This document shows, in pieces, positions 46,129-57,829 of a DNA stretch of 64,000 nucleotides. This DNA is from Ranitomeya imitator (lineage: Eukaryota), in contig NC_091289.1 in assembly GCF_032444005.1 (NCBI RefSeq), positions 92,132,001 through 92,196,000 of the forward strand. The letters run 5' to 3'. Under the pieces are notes generated by a model. It did not search any database. It was not told where the DNA came from and worked only from the letters and a program-made list of their open reading frames with translations. Made by a program: the position numbers and the translations under genes. The stretch's first letter is position 1, and each line of letters opens with the position of its first letter.

Positions 46129-47779
46129 CAGTTAGGTCCATATATATTTGGACAGAGACAACATTTTTCTAATTTTGGTTATAGGCATTACCACAATGCA
46201 ATTTAAACAAAACAATTCAAATGCAGTTGAAGTTCAGACTTTAAGATTTCATTTGAGGGTATCCACATTAAAATTGGATGAAGAGTTTAGGAGTTTCAGC
46301 TCCTTAACATTTGCCACCCTGTTTTTTAAAGGGACCAAAAGTAATTGGACAGATTCAATAATTTTAAATAAAATGTTCATTTTTAGTACTTGGTTGAAAA
46401 TCCTTTGTTGGCAATGACTGCCTGAAGTCTTGAACTCATGGACATTACCAGACACTGTGTTTCCTCCTTTTTTATGCTCTGCCAGGCCTTCACTGCAGTG
46501 GTTTTCAGTTGCTGTTTGTGGGCCTTTCTGTCTGAAGTTTAGTCTTTAACAAGTGAAATGAATGCTCAATTGGGTTGAGATCAGGTGACTGACTTGGCCA
46601 TTCAAGAATATTCCACTTCTTTGCTTTAATAAACTCCTGGGTTGCTTTGGCTTTATGTTTTCGGTCATTGTCCATCTGTAGTATGAAACGACGACCAACC
46701 AGTTTTGCTGCATTTGGCTGGATCTGAGCACACAGTATGTCTCTGAATACCTCAGAATTCATTCGTCTGCTTCTGTCCTGTGTCACATCAACAATAAACA
46801 CTAGTGACGCAGTGCCACTGGCAGTCATGCATGCCCAAGCCATCACACTGCCTCCGCCGTGTTTTACAGATGATGTGGTATGCTTTGGATTATGAGCTGT
46901 GCCAAGCCTTTGCCATACTTTTCTCTTTCCATCATTCTGGTAGAGGTTGATCTTGGTTTCATCTGTCCAAAGAATGTTATTCCAGAACTGGGCTGGCTTT
47001 TTTAGATGTTTTTTTTTACCAAAGTCCAGTCTAGCCTTTTTATTCTTGATGCTTATGAGTGGCTTGCACCGTGCAGTGAACCCTCTGTATTTACTTTTTT
47101 ACTTTCATGCAGTCTTCTCTTTATGGTAGGTTTGGATATTGATACGCCGACCTCCTGGATAGTGTTGTTCACTTGGTTGGCTGGTGTGAAGGGGTTTCTC
47201 TTCACCATGGAGATTATTCTCCGATCATCCACCACTGTTGTCTTCCGTGGGCGCCCAGATCTTTTTGCATTGATGAGTTCACCAGTGCTTTCTTTCTTTC
47301 TCAAGATGTACCAAACTGTAGATTTTGCCACTCATAATATTGTAGCAATTTCTAGAATGTTTTTTTTCTATTTTCGCAGCTTAAGGATGGCTTGTTTCAC
47401 CTGCATGGAGAGCTCCTTTGACCGCATGTTTACTTAACAGTTAAACCTTCCAAAATCAAGCACCACACCTCAAATCAACTCCAGGCTTTTTATCTGCTTA
47501 ATTGAGAATGACATAAAGGGATTGCCCACACCTATCCATGAAATAGCCTTGGAGTCACGTGTCCAATTACTACTTGTTTCTTTAAAAACAGGGTGGCACA
47601 TGTTAAGGAGCTGAAACTCCTAAACCCTTCATCCAATTTTAATGTGGCTACCCTCAAATGAAAGCTGAAAGTCTGAACTTCAACTGCATCTGAATTGTTT
47701 TGTTTAAAATTCATTGTGGTAATGCCTATAACCAAAATTAGAAAAATGTTGTCTGTCCAAATATATATGGACCTAACTG
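46129..47779 (-). mobile_element. Tc1-like transposon (1651 bp) with long TIRs and a degenerate transposase
   Basis: TA flanks; CAGTTAGGTCCATATATATTTGGACAG / CTGTCCAAATATATATGGACCTAACTG; GRPRKTT and MAWACM...QMDNDRKH...WPSQSPDLNPIEH pieces. Confidence 0.93.
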
Positions 47780-48739
47780 TACTTACCTGTCATTAAGCTC
47801 TGGATCTCTTTCTTCTGCTCTATGCACAAGTGGCTATTTGGGGCGATGGGCAAGAGCCAATTGGCTTTACCTGTGTCTACTGTGTCAAGGTACCTTTGTC
47901 CGGCCACCCCGACGCAAGAGGATACAGACTGACCAATTAAGGCCCGCATTCTCCGTTGCTATGTGGGTGAAAGAGTGCATAATTACACTCTGTTTTTCGT
48001 CTTTTAGATCGATGTCTCAGGGTAACAAAGCGGTTAGTGCCTAACCTAAGACACATCTGAGACAGACCTCGCCTCTGACACTACAAAAAAAACTGGGTAG
48101 AGCAGCCATGGTATAGTCTGCTGGGGAGGAGCCAATTTTATTTAAATTCAATAATAGTGTCAACCTCCAGGTGGCAGCAGACGATCCCATGGTTCTGTGT
48201 CCCCCAATAAAACGAACCAGAGATTTAAATTGGAAACACTGAATGTAATGTAAAACCATGTGAATAGTCTTATCGTGCTCCGGATGATCAGATGTTTTTT
48301 CCCCAAACAGCAGGTGTAAGTTTTAAAAAGTATTCAATTTCTCACAAAAAAAACAACAAGAGGTAGATAGTAGCTTTTCAGCAAGGTACTTAAAATATTA
48401 TCATAAGAACACAAGTTCATTATTGTGTTTTTCCTGTTATAGTTGAAGAAAATTAATTAAAACATATCAAACAAAATCACAATGTTCCCAATATCAACAC
48501 CAGTCCAATCACAGTCATGGAGGAAAATCATGCCATCATATGACACTTCCCTGGCATAAATTATGATTTTGTCAGCCACGCCACCTTCCGCTAACCTCCG
48601 AACACTTTAATTGGCATTGCTGGAGCAAAAATTTTATTATTATTGAATTTTGCAATATTTCAAACTATTTCATCTCAGAACTCTGTCACAAACTGTTCAA
48701 CGAATCAGCTCAAAGTTGTACTGTTATTTATTGTAACTA

Positions 48740-50065
48740 CCGTATATACTCGAGTATAAGCCGACCCAAGTATAAGCCGACCCCCCTAATTTTGCCACAA
48801 AAAACTGGGAAAACTTATTGACTCGAGTATAAGCCTAGGGTAGAAAATGCAGCAGCTACCGGTGAATTTCAAAAATAAAAATAGATGCTCCATACCGTTC
48901 ATTATTGCCCCATAGATGCTCCATATACAACTGTGCTATATAGAATGCTCTGCACCGTTCATTATTGCCCCATAGATGCTCCTTATAAAGCTGTGCCATA
49001 TAGAATGCTCTGCACCGTTGATTATGGCCCCATAGATGCTCCTTATAATGCTGTGCCATATATGCTCTGCACCTTTGATTATGGCCCCATAAATGCTCCT
49101 TATAATGTTGTGCCATATATGCTCTGCACCTTTGATTATGGCCCCATAGATGCCCCTTATAATGCTGTGCCATATATGCTCTGCACCTTTGATTATGGCC
49201 CCATAGGTGCTCCTTATAATGCTGTGCCATATATGCTCTGCACCTTTGATTATGGCCCCATAGGTGCTCCTTATAATGCTGTGCCATATATGCTCTGCAC
49301 CTTTGATTATGGCCCCATAGATGCTCCTTATAATGCTGTGCCATATATGCTCTGCACCTTTGATTATGGCCCCATAGATGCTCCTTATAATGCTGTGCCA
49401 TATATGCTCTGCACCTTTGATTATGGCCCCATAGGTGCTCCTTATAATGCTGTGCCATATAGAATGCGGCTGCAATAAAAAAAAAAATCACATACTCACC
49501 TCTCTTCTCAGGACGCCAGCGCTTTGAATAATTACCTGCTCCTCGTGCGGCTCCGTCTCCAGCACTGACGCTCAGCAGAGGGCGCGCACTGACTACGTCA
49601 CAGCGCCCTCTAACCTGAGCGTCACTGCTAGAGGACGCTACAGATGGAGCCGCACCGGAGCGAGGAGCAGGTAATTATAGCGCTGCGCTCCCCTTACCTG
49701 CTGCGGCGCGGTCCCTGCAGTCCCTGGCTTCTCCGGCGCTGCAGCTTCTTCCTGTAATTGAGCGGTCACATGGCACAGATCATTTACAGCAATGAATATG
49801 CGGCTCCTCCCCTATGGGGGTGGAGCCGCCTATTCATTTCTGTAATGAGCGGTGCCATGTGACCGCTCAGTACAGGAAGAATCTGCAGCGCCGGAGAAGC
49901 CAGGGACTGCAGTGACCGCGCCGCAGCAGGTAAGTATGACTACACAGCCCCCGCTCCCCCTCCCCTGCCGACACCCGGGTATATGACTCGAGTATAAGCC
50001 GAGAGGGGGACTTTCAGCCCAAAAAAATGGGCTGAAAATCTTGGCTTATACTCGAGTATATACGG
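48740..50065. mobile_element. pogo/Tigger-like MITE carrying a 57-bp minisatellite (about 10 copies, ~48880-49470)
   Basis: TA flanks; TIRs CCGTATATACTCGAGTATAAGCC / GGCTTATACTCGAGTATATACGG; 19-aa periodicity in the ORF track. Confidence 0.9.
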
Positions 50066-52263
50066 TATTTTATTACCCTAGCTATAACCCAAACTATAAC
50101 CCCAACTCTGGACAAGTATGTAAAAACTTTACTATAATGTTAGTTTTAGTTATCTTTTTTTCACAGGGAAGAGGAGACATTTACGACAGCTCCCTTAGCA
50201 GGTCTCTTAGGCTGTGTGCACACGTCGCTAAAATTAAGCATCCTATTAATTAGAATGCAATCCGCAAATTTTGTGCACATACTAAGTATTTTTCCACAGC
50301 AGAAATGATTTGTGGTAAAATACGCAGCATGTTCATTAAATTTGCGGAATCGCAGCGATTCTGCGCCCATAGACTTCTATTGGAGCGCTTGAGTTCCGCA
50401 AATATAAAATTTTTTAGCGGAATTCAAGCGCATTTGCGGCTGTAAAAAATGCGGCATACAGAAAGTGACATGGCCATCCCATCATGCCAGGAGCATCCCA
50501 TAATCCAGGAAGACCAGATAATATCCGTCTTCCTGGATGATGGCTGCCAATATGGACTGGTATGACCGGATGGAGCTGGATGTGCCTTTAATGATTAGTG
50601 TGGTAAGTGTCTATGTGTGTGTCCGTGTGTGTGTTGTGTGTGTGTGTCCGTGTGTGTTTCGGTGTGTGGTGTATATTGTTTATGTGTGTTGTCAGACATA
50701 GGCCGATGAGACTACTACTAGTCCCATCGGCCTATGTCTGTTCCCTATAGTCGCAGCAGGCTCAACTCGATGGGAGCAGTATTTCCCATCAAACTGTTCC
50801 TGCTGCCAAAAAAAAAACAAAAAAAAACTTTGTCCCCGACCCGATATATTTTGCCACCCTCCCCCCCCCCAATTCCCATATTAATTTTGTTTAGGGCAAT
50901 TTCATGTCCCCCAAATTATATATGCCCCTTTTTTTAACCCCCTCCCCAAAAAAAGTTTCTTTTGTGGCCAGTGGATAGTGTCCTGTATTTCCCCCCTCTT
51001 CCCCCCCGCCGAAAAAAAGTTTCATTGGCGGACAGCATCCCGTATTCCCCCCCCCCCAAAAAAAGCTTCATTGGTGGACAGTGTCCCGTGTTTCCCCCAC
51101 CCAAAAAAAAGTGGGGGCTCTAAACCGTGGCCGCCGATACAATGAACGGGATCGTAAAGTGATCCCGTTCACTGTATACTGAGTTCTCCCGAAGGCAGCT
51201 CGCGCTGCTCGGGTGAACTCGTTCGGTTGTCACTGCGGCTGCGCGGACTCCCCGGCTGACCAGAGGTGAACTCTGTAGCGTGGGAAAATTTCCCACGCTT
51301 ATCAGTTCATCTCCGGTCAGCCATGGGAGTGGTTTACAGCGGAGCTGGTTGCATTAGCACCGGTCCCGTTGTAATCTTGTTAACTCATTACAAACGGGAA
51401 ACACGCCAGAACAAGAAACGCTAACCACCGACAGGACATCTGATCAGGGGCCTGGAGGGGGTAAGTTACAGATTATTAATCTGTCAGACTATACACTCTC
51501 GGAATTGGTGATCTCGGTACTCGAGAAAGGTCTCTCTTTTTGCCCTATGGGGGTCTTGATAAATTTACCTTTATTAAGGATGTGAATCTCTTCTGCAGGC
51601 AACTCACCTTTAAAATGCGGTTTCATCGACCTTCAGCCATCGATGATCTACCTGCAGCTGATAGGGGGGGTCCTTAGGGATCTATTGGACCTGCTTGATG
51701 AAGGTGAGGATGGGCTCTGTAGAAGGAGGTTTATGGGGAGACTGCCCTCACAGGCCACCCCTTCTTTTTCATTATTTCCCGCTGTTCAGAGTTTTTTTTA
51801 ATTCAGTTTGCAGAGAGATACACTATCTAAAATTGGACCCCAATAGAGGTAGGAACCTTAGTAGGAATGAGCAATTGGCTATTACCAAACTGGGTTCCAA
51901 CAGGGATTTTGTGATTCGCGAAGCGGATAATGGAGGGAATCTGGTGATCTGGCCAGTATGTCTTTATACCCAGGAAGCAAGACGGCAACTGTCTAATACT
52001 GAGTGCTACCAGGTTCTCCCCTCAGACCCCTCTCGTGTTTTTCAGTTAAAATTACATCAACTGTTGGAAGCTGCGTTTTCCCACAATATCATTAATAAAC
52101 GTGAAAAAGAATTCATGATGGATCTCCACCCCCGCACACCCACGTTTTACATGCTCCCAAAAGTGCATAAGTCGGTCCAAGCACCACCAGGTAGGCCGAT
52201 AGTGTCGGGGATAGGGGGCTCCTCGAACGGCCTTGTATCTATGTAGATTTTTTTCTGCAGCCT

Positions 52264-53547
52264 TTGGTTACATCTCTTGATTCCTTTATTAGAGACTCCA
52301 CGTCCATGATTGTACAACTCCAAGATTTGGTTGTTCCCCCTCATACCTGGCTGGTTACTCTGGATGTAGAATCACTTTACACCTGTATAGGACATCAACT
52401 TGGGATACAGGCGGTCTCGTATTTCTTGGACCTCAACACATCTGGAGATAGAGGACACAATTCTTTTCTATTGGACCTCTTATTGTTCATATTGGACAAA
52501 AATTACTTCATCTTTGACCGTGTCTTTCACAGACAGGTAAGAGGGACTGCCATGTGGGCTCGGTGCCCTCCGGTGTACGCCAACCTTTTTTTAGGTTGGT
52601 GGGAGGTGACGAGGGTGTACCACCTTGAAGAGTTCTCCAAACATGTCGTCAAATGGGTACGGTATATTGACGACGTTCTATTCTTTTGGACAGGCACCAA
52701 GGCGGAATGTCAAGAATTCATTGGGATATTGAATGATAATCCCTGGAATGTTCATCTTACGTCACCATTTTCACAGACAGAAATTGAATTTTTGGATTTG
52801 AAACTATCTCTACAAGGCCCTAGGGTTACGACTTCCCTCTATCGTAAACCCACGGCAACGATTAGTCTATTGCACTTTGCCAGCTTTCATCCCCAGCATC
52901 TCAAGAAGGGTATCCCCAAGGGTCAGTTCTACAGAATCAAAAGAAACTGTTCCCATCAGGCGGACTTTCTCAGAGAATCCCGGGAACTTACCTCAAGATT
53001 CCGTGAGAGAGGCTACCCTAAAAAGGTAATCACGCAGGCCTTTGTGTCAGTGAGGGATAGGAGAAGGGATAAGTTGTTACAACCACAAGGCAGGGTGCGT
53101 GACAGGCCCTTGGGCATCGTCACATCATTTAATAATCAGTGGGAGGACATACGGGGTATTTTGTCTAAATATTGGGGTATACTCTTGGGGGAGTCCAAGT
53201 TACAATCCTTTATTTCTACAAGGCCCAATTTAATCTCACGAAGGGCCAGAAATCTCAGAGACTGCCTTAGTCACAGTCATTTTCAGCGACCAGTTAAACA
53301 ACTAAACAGAGGGACTAAGCTTTGGGGTACGTTTCCATGCGGCAGTTGCAACATCTGTCCCTTTACTGCCGGTAATGATCTACCATCTCCTCTTCCACAG
53401 ATGTCTATCAGAATGTATTTTAACTGCAAATCAAGACACCTGGTCTATGCCCTGATATGTCCATGCCCCAAGGTGTACGTTGGACAGACAACTCAAGAAT
53501 TGAGGAAACGAATTCAACAGCATTTTTCTAAAATCACGACAGCTTGA
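52264..53547 (+). pseudogene. Penelope-like RT plus N-terminal half of the GIY-YIG endonuclease (largest open segment)
   Basis: 427-aa open frame, bounded by a frameshift upstream and a stop at ~53545. Confidence 0.9.
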
Positions 53548-55497
53548 AATGACAGCATCAAGGGAAAGACTTTGACTTTGGTTGCCGCACATTATCTGGA
53601 GGCACATGGCGCTCAATGGAAAGGAACCAAGATCATGGGACTGGAAGGGATTCGGACAAACATCAGAGGTGGAGACATGTCTTTGGAGCTCCTGAGGCGG
53701 GAATCCAAATGGATCTATGAACTAAACAGTGTCAGACCACTAGGTCTGAATGAGGACTTGCTCTTTACGGGCTTTTATAAACAGTTGTAAATGTCTCTGC
53801 CATATGCATGTTCTCCTCTGTTTACCCCCCCTTTTTTCATTTATTTTTTTCATCTACTTTTCATCGCCGTTGCCTATATGTATATGGACATCACCCTGGT
53901 ATTGTGATTCTGTGAGTCCTCTATTTCCATGTGGTACAGGATGACAATTGGTCCCGTTAAGCCAGTTAATAGTTATTTTAACTACTCGGCTTAGTAGTTA
54001 TGCCTCTTGATATGTGGTTTTGTCAAAGACCTAGTGCATGATAGTTAAAATGGGCATCCTAAGGATCTTGATACAGGAATATGCACATATTGTCTTTCTC
54101 GTTATACATTTTTGAGTCTGCTGTTACAGGCTCATTAAGAGTCCACCTTGGCACTATACTCATTAGGAGTCCACCTTGGCACTATGCACTTTATTGTATA
54201 CTATTTCCATAAAGGTGGTTTTTTTTTCTCTTTTGTTCCAGGTCACCGTATTATTGCCCCAAAGGGGCCTGTGTTAGTAGTTAGTCTCTAACCTACAGTA
54301 TTGGTTACTATTGTGACTACTAGTAGTGTGCTAACCCTGGCGAGAGGACATACAGCCCCAATGGTTAATATCCCATTTTCCCGAGGTGTTCTAGCCTTTG
54401 ATTAAAAGAAAAAAGCTTTTGGTATTTCTATATGTAGGTGGGCAGTGTTTTATACATCTTTTTCGCCAGTTATTTGGGGGAGCAAAATATCTTCCCATAC
54501 ATACGGGAGTCCTATGTTATCACAATAAAAATTGGCAGTTTACCATCATTAATTTTGCCAGTACTCCTTGTTCATTATGTTGGCTTTTTTTTTAGCAGAC
54601 ATTGTGTTCGGCTAACTCCTGCTGGGCGCCTAAATTATGACTGGTGTTACCAACTAAATCGGGCCTAATGTTTGGCTGGACTTATATGTGATATTCATTC
54701 GCAGCTTTAGGACTTCACCGTTGTAAATGCGTATGTGGGTTTGCATCTTTGTCAGGGTTTATCAACTTTCTTGTAGATGGAAATGTCTTTTGCGCCAGCA
54801 CATATTTCGGACATTTCTATCTTTATTACCAACGCATTGCTCCGATGTAATAGTGCATTCTCTCTGTCATGTCCTAGTTAGGCGATATTCGGCCTTTCAT
54901 CTCCTTATGGGGGGGTTAATTGTATTCTTGCGTCCCTCTCTCAGATTTGGCGCCGCCCCCTTCCCCATCTACACCTTCCCCATTGTCTATGTTTATAGTA
55001 CCATCATTACAGCCCAGTGTACAGGCACTGGTTACGCCTGCGCATTACCGTCCAAATAAGGAATCATTATGTTCCGACGTTCTATTCTAATACGCAGGCG
55101 CTGCTTCAGCTGTATACATGGGGTTACTATGGTTTCACGGTACAGGGCAGGCATCTGAGATGCGTGCGCAGCAAAGCTCCTTTGTATTCACACAGCGCCA
55201 GTGTCCTGGTCTATCGCAAGACAGGCACTGATCGCGCCTGTGTCATACCATCAAATAGAGGAAACAGTGCGCATTGACACTCCACCTTAATATGCAGGCA
55301 CTGCCTCAATACTTTACTGGTCTACGCTGAGTTACCATGGCACCCTGTATGGGGCGGGCATAGCTCACACTTGCGCAGTTCTATTGGCAACCAGGAAGTG
55401 CTTCATTGAACTCCACACGCGACGGTCTGCACACAGCTGCAACCAGGAAAGATATCATGAAACTTGTATTTAAGGTAAAGTTCACACAGCGGTAGGC

Positions 55498-55539
55498 ACC
55501 CCTGACGAAGCCTCCTGAGTGGGACGAGACGCGACGGGT
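55498..55539 (+). ncRNA. Degenerate minimal hammerhead ribozyme relic in the pLTR
   Basis: accc-CTGACGA-ag...c-GAGAC-gc-GAC-gggt: stem I and CUGANGA intact; GAAAC reads GAGAC, GUC reads GAC, stem II is imperfect. Confidence 0.65.
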
Positions 55540-56179
55540 CTCCGCTTCGCCTCTTTTGACTAAGTCACCCACGCTTGGCCCATGGTATCGTATCTGCAGG
55601 GCTATATATGGGGCTCCTTGTAATTTTACTTGCATTCAGCTTTATGTGGTGATGCAAGTTAGGATCATTGCTTTTGTGCAGTGCCGGATAGGGACATGTC
55701 TTTACTAAGGGGCAGTTTTCACGGCTGCATCAGTGACTGTATTAACTGTATTATGTGATACTCTGGTAAGATTGCCCTTTACTCTGTCATTTGTTACACA
55801 TATTATGGGCTTGCTTTATTGAACTGTGTGTGCATTTATGGTGATGTCCATATAGGTATTGCCCCAGTAGGTATTGACCTATGGTCTATGGCGCCGGTGT
55901 TTGCCCTATTTCGGGCTGTATTCATAAGGGACAAGAATGTTGCCTTTTTTAATTGTTTTTAAGTGTGTGTTCACTTTATTACTTGTTTCATGTGTACTGT
56001 AGTGTACTAATAAAAATTGTGTATATTTTTGCCGAATCCATGATGTGGTGATCCCCATTTGTATGACCTTCACTTTTTCTCTTGTGTCTTCTGGTTACGC
56101 ATATGCTGTAGGTCAGGGTGACCCCACTTTGCAGACTGTGGTGCCCCCTCAACATATACGTTCAAACGTTTACAGGTAC

Positions 56180-56353
56180 CACTGCCAGAGCCGGCCGCGC
56201 AGCGTACCAGGAACCTCTCCATGCCCCATGGGGAACAGGAAAGACACTGGTTAATAGGAGGTGGGAGGGGTTTTTTAACCTCTTGTGCTTCCTGTCCCCC
56301 ATTAGGGTATGGAGACAACCTCATGGGCTGTCGTGGAAGGCAACTAGAGAAAT
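56180..56353 (-). mobile_element. Isolated terminal fragment of a DIRS-A-related element
   Basis: GGAACCTCTCC...CCCATGGGGAACAGGAAAGACACTGG...GCTGTCGTGGAAGGCAACTAGAGAAA resembles 39343-39487. Confidence 0.75.
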
Positions 56354-57829
56354 GGCGGACGCGACGCACAAAAAATCGTTACATGGAATGGTTTTTTGTG
56401 CCGACGGTCCGCCAAAACATGACGCATCCGTCGCACGACGGATGCAATCCGTCGCTAATACAAATGTATGGGAAAAAAACGCATCCTGCAAGCACATTTT
56501 TTTTTACAATTATTCATTTAAATAATTAAAAATAAGGTATGGGGACCCCTCTATTCTTAATAACCAGCCTTGCTGAAGCTGGCAGCTGAAAGCTGCAGCC
56601 ACCAGCTTTGAGTTTTTCCTGGCTGGTTATCAAAAATACAGGGGAACCTATGCAGGTTTTTTTTTCAATTATTTATTTCCAGCGCAGGAGTGGCTGACGA
56701 ATACTCCCATCCTCACTTATTAGCGGCCGCAGGTGTCAGCTGATTGGAGCTGTAGTCCCATCAGCTGACACCAGTGACGGGAGGTAAACTTTATACCTCC
56801 GATCACAGCTGAGCGCTCACGCTGTCTTTTGACAGCGTGAAATCCGTGACTCTCTGAAAGGCAGGAATAATTTCACTGCCGATCAGAAGCGCTACACCGG
56901 AGTTTCCCACGCTTTCACACAGGGATGCTCATTGCTCACCTAACATTTTCAGTTTGCATAGGTTAACCCCAGAAAACCAAACGCATGAAGAGAACTGGGT
57001 GTGCCACAAGCTAAGAGGGGAGGTCTCAATTGGGTAGATGGACTGATTTGGGCAGAAAGTGGATAGAGAAGCTTCCAGTGTTTGGAAACAACTGCAAGCT
57101 GCAGAAGATAAATGAGGAAAAAAATATAACCAACTCCAAAAAGGCCTAACAAAATAAAACACATATGAAGCAATACACACAAAGAATAAAAAAAAACAAC
57201 TATATATTACAAAAGTGTACATAGTCTTTATGTACACTTCTAACCATCCTACTATTATCACTAATGATTTAACAGACCATACAGAAAAATACATGCTTAA
57301 CCTCCCCAATTAAATAAAGTTAAAAATAGATGTTGACACACATGACCTTCAAAAATACCAAAAGATAATTTGACATACATTGGGCCCAATATACCGTATG
57401 AACATATATTCAATGGAAATAAAAGTATTTACCTTTTCTACTAATGGTATTAACTGCTGATGTTCTGCTAATGTTTTCAACAATTCCATGATGAATGGAA
57501 GGTAGTTGTGCTTCCTTCTGATATTCTCCGTCTGGTTAAAGATGACATACATTTAATATGATTATCTATAGTTTATAAAGACTAGCATGGATATTTTTAT
57601 ATAAAATTAAACTTTACTCATGCTTTCACAAACTATAAAACAAAGTCTAGTCAATTCAAATTGATTTCTTACACTTCTTACTAAACAGCAGGTCTCAAAA
57701 TATTTTTCAAGACTTCCATTTTTATTGTTGCAAGGTTTTTTTTAACTGGTTTCCTTCACAGTACATGTTCCATCTACAATTACAATTAATACAAAATGAC
57801 AAAAATATTACAGTACCTCCTTCATGTTA

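Larger units (their letters stand above)
39556..48226 (-). mobile_element. Second, older DIRS-type element (DIRS-B, different family) with many nested insertions
   Basis: Left ITR CATTGGGGGACACAGAACCA...TTTAAATAAAATTGGCTCCT and inverted right ITR at ~48120-48215; ICR ~39776-39870; YR fragment 40199-40420 (FLTKVVSSFHLN...LDIVKAVRYYL); RT fragment 44032-44217 (FRALPFGLAITPRVFTKI). Confidence 0.8.
51380..56110 (+). mobile_element. Near full-length Penelope-like element (Neptune-like) with a disrupted ORF and a long 3' region including the pLTR
   Basis: N-terminal IINLSDYTL..ISVLEKGLSFCP; READNGGNLVIW; PTFYMLPKVHK...PPGRPIVSGIG; LVTLDVESLYT; RYIDDVL; CGSCNIC; VYALICPCPKVYVGQT; ESKWIYELNSVRPLGLNE; AATAAA at 56009. 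Confidence 0.92.

Noticed and set aside
48856-49491. About 200-aa repetitive ORFs in three frames
   Set aside because: Products of the 57-bp minisatellite (a multiple of 3) inside a MITE
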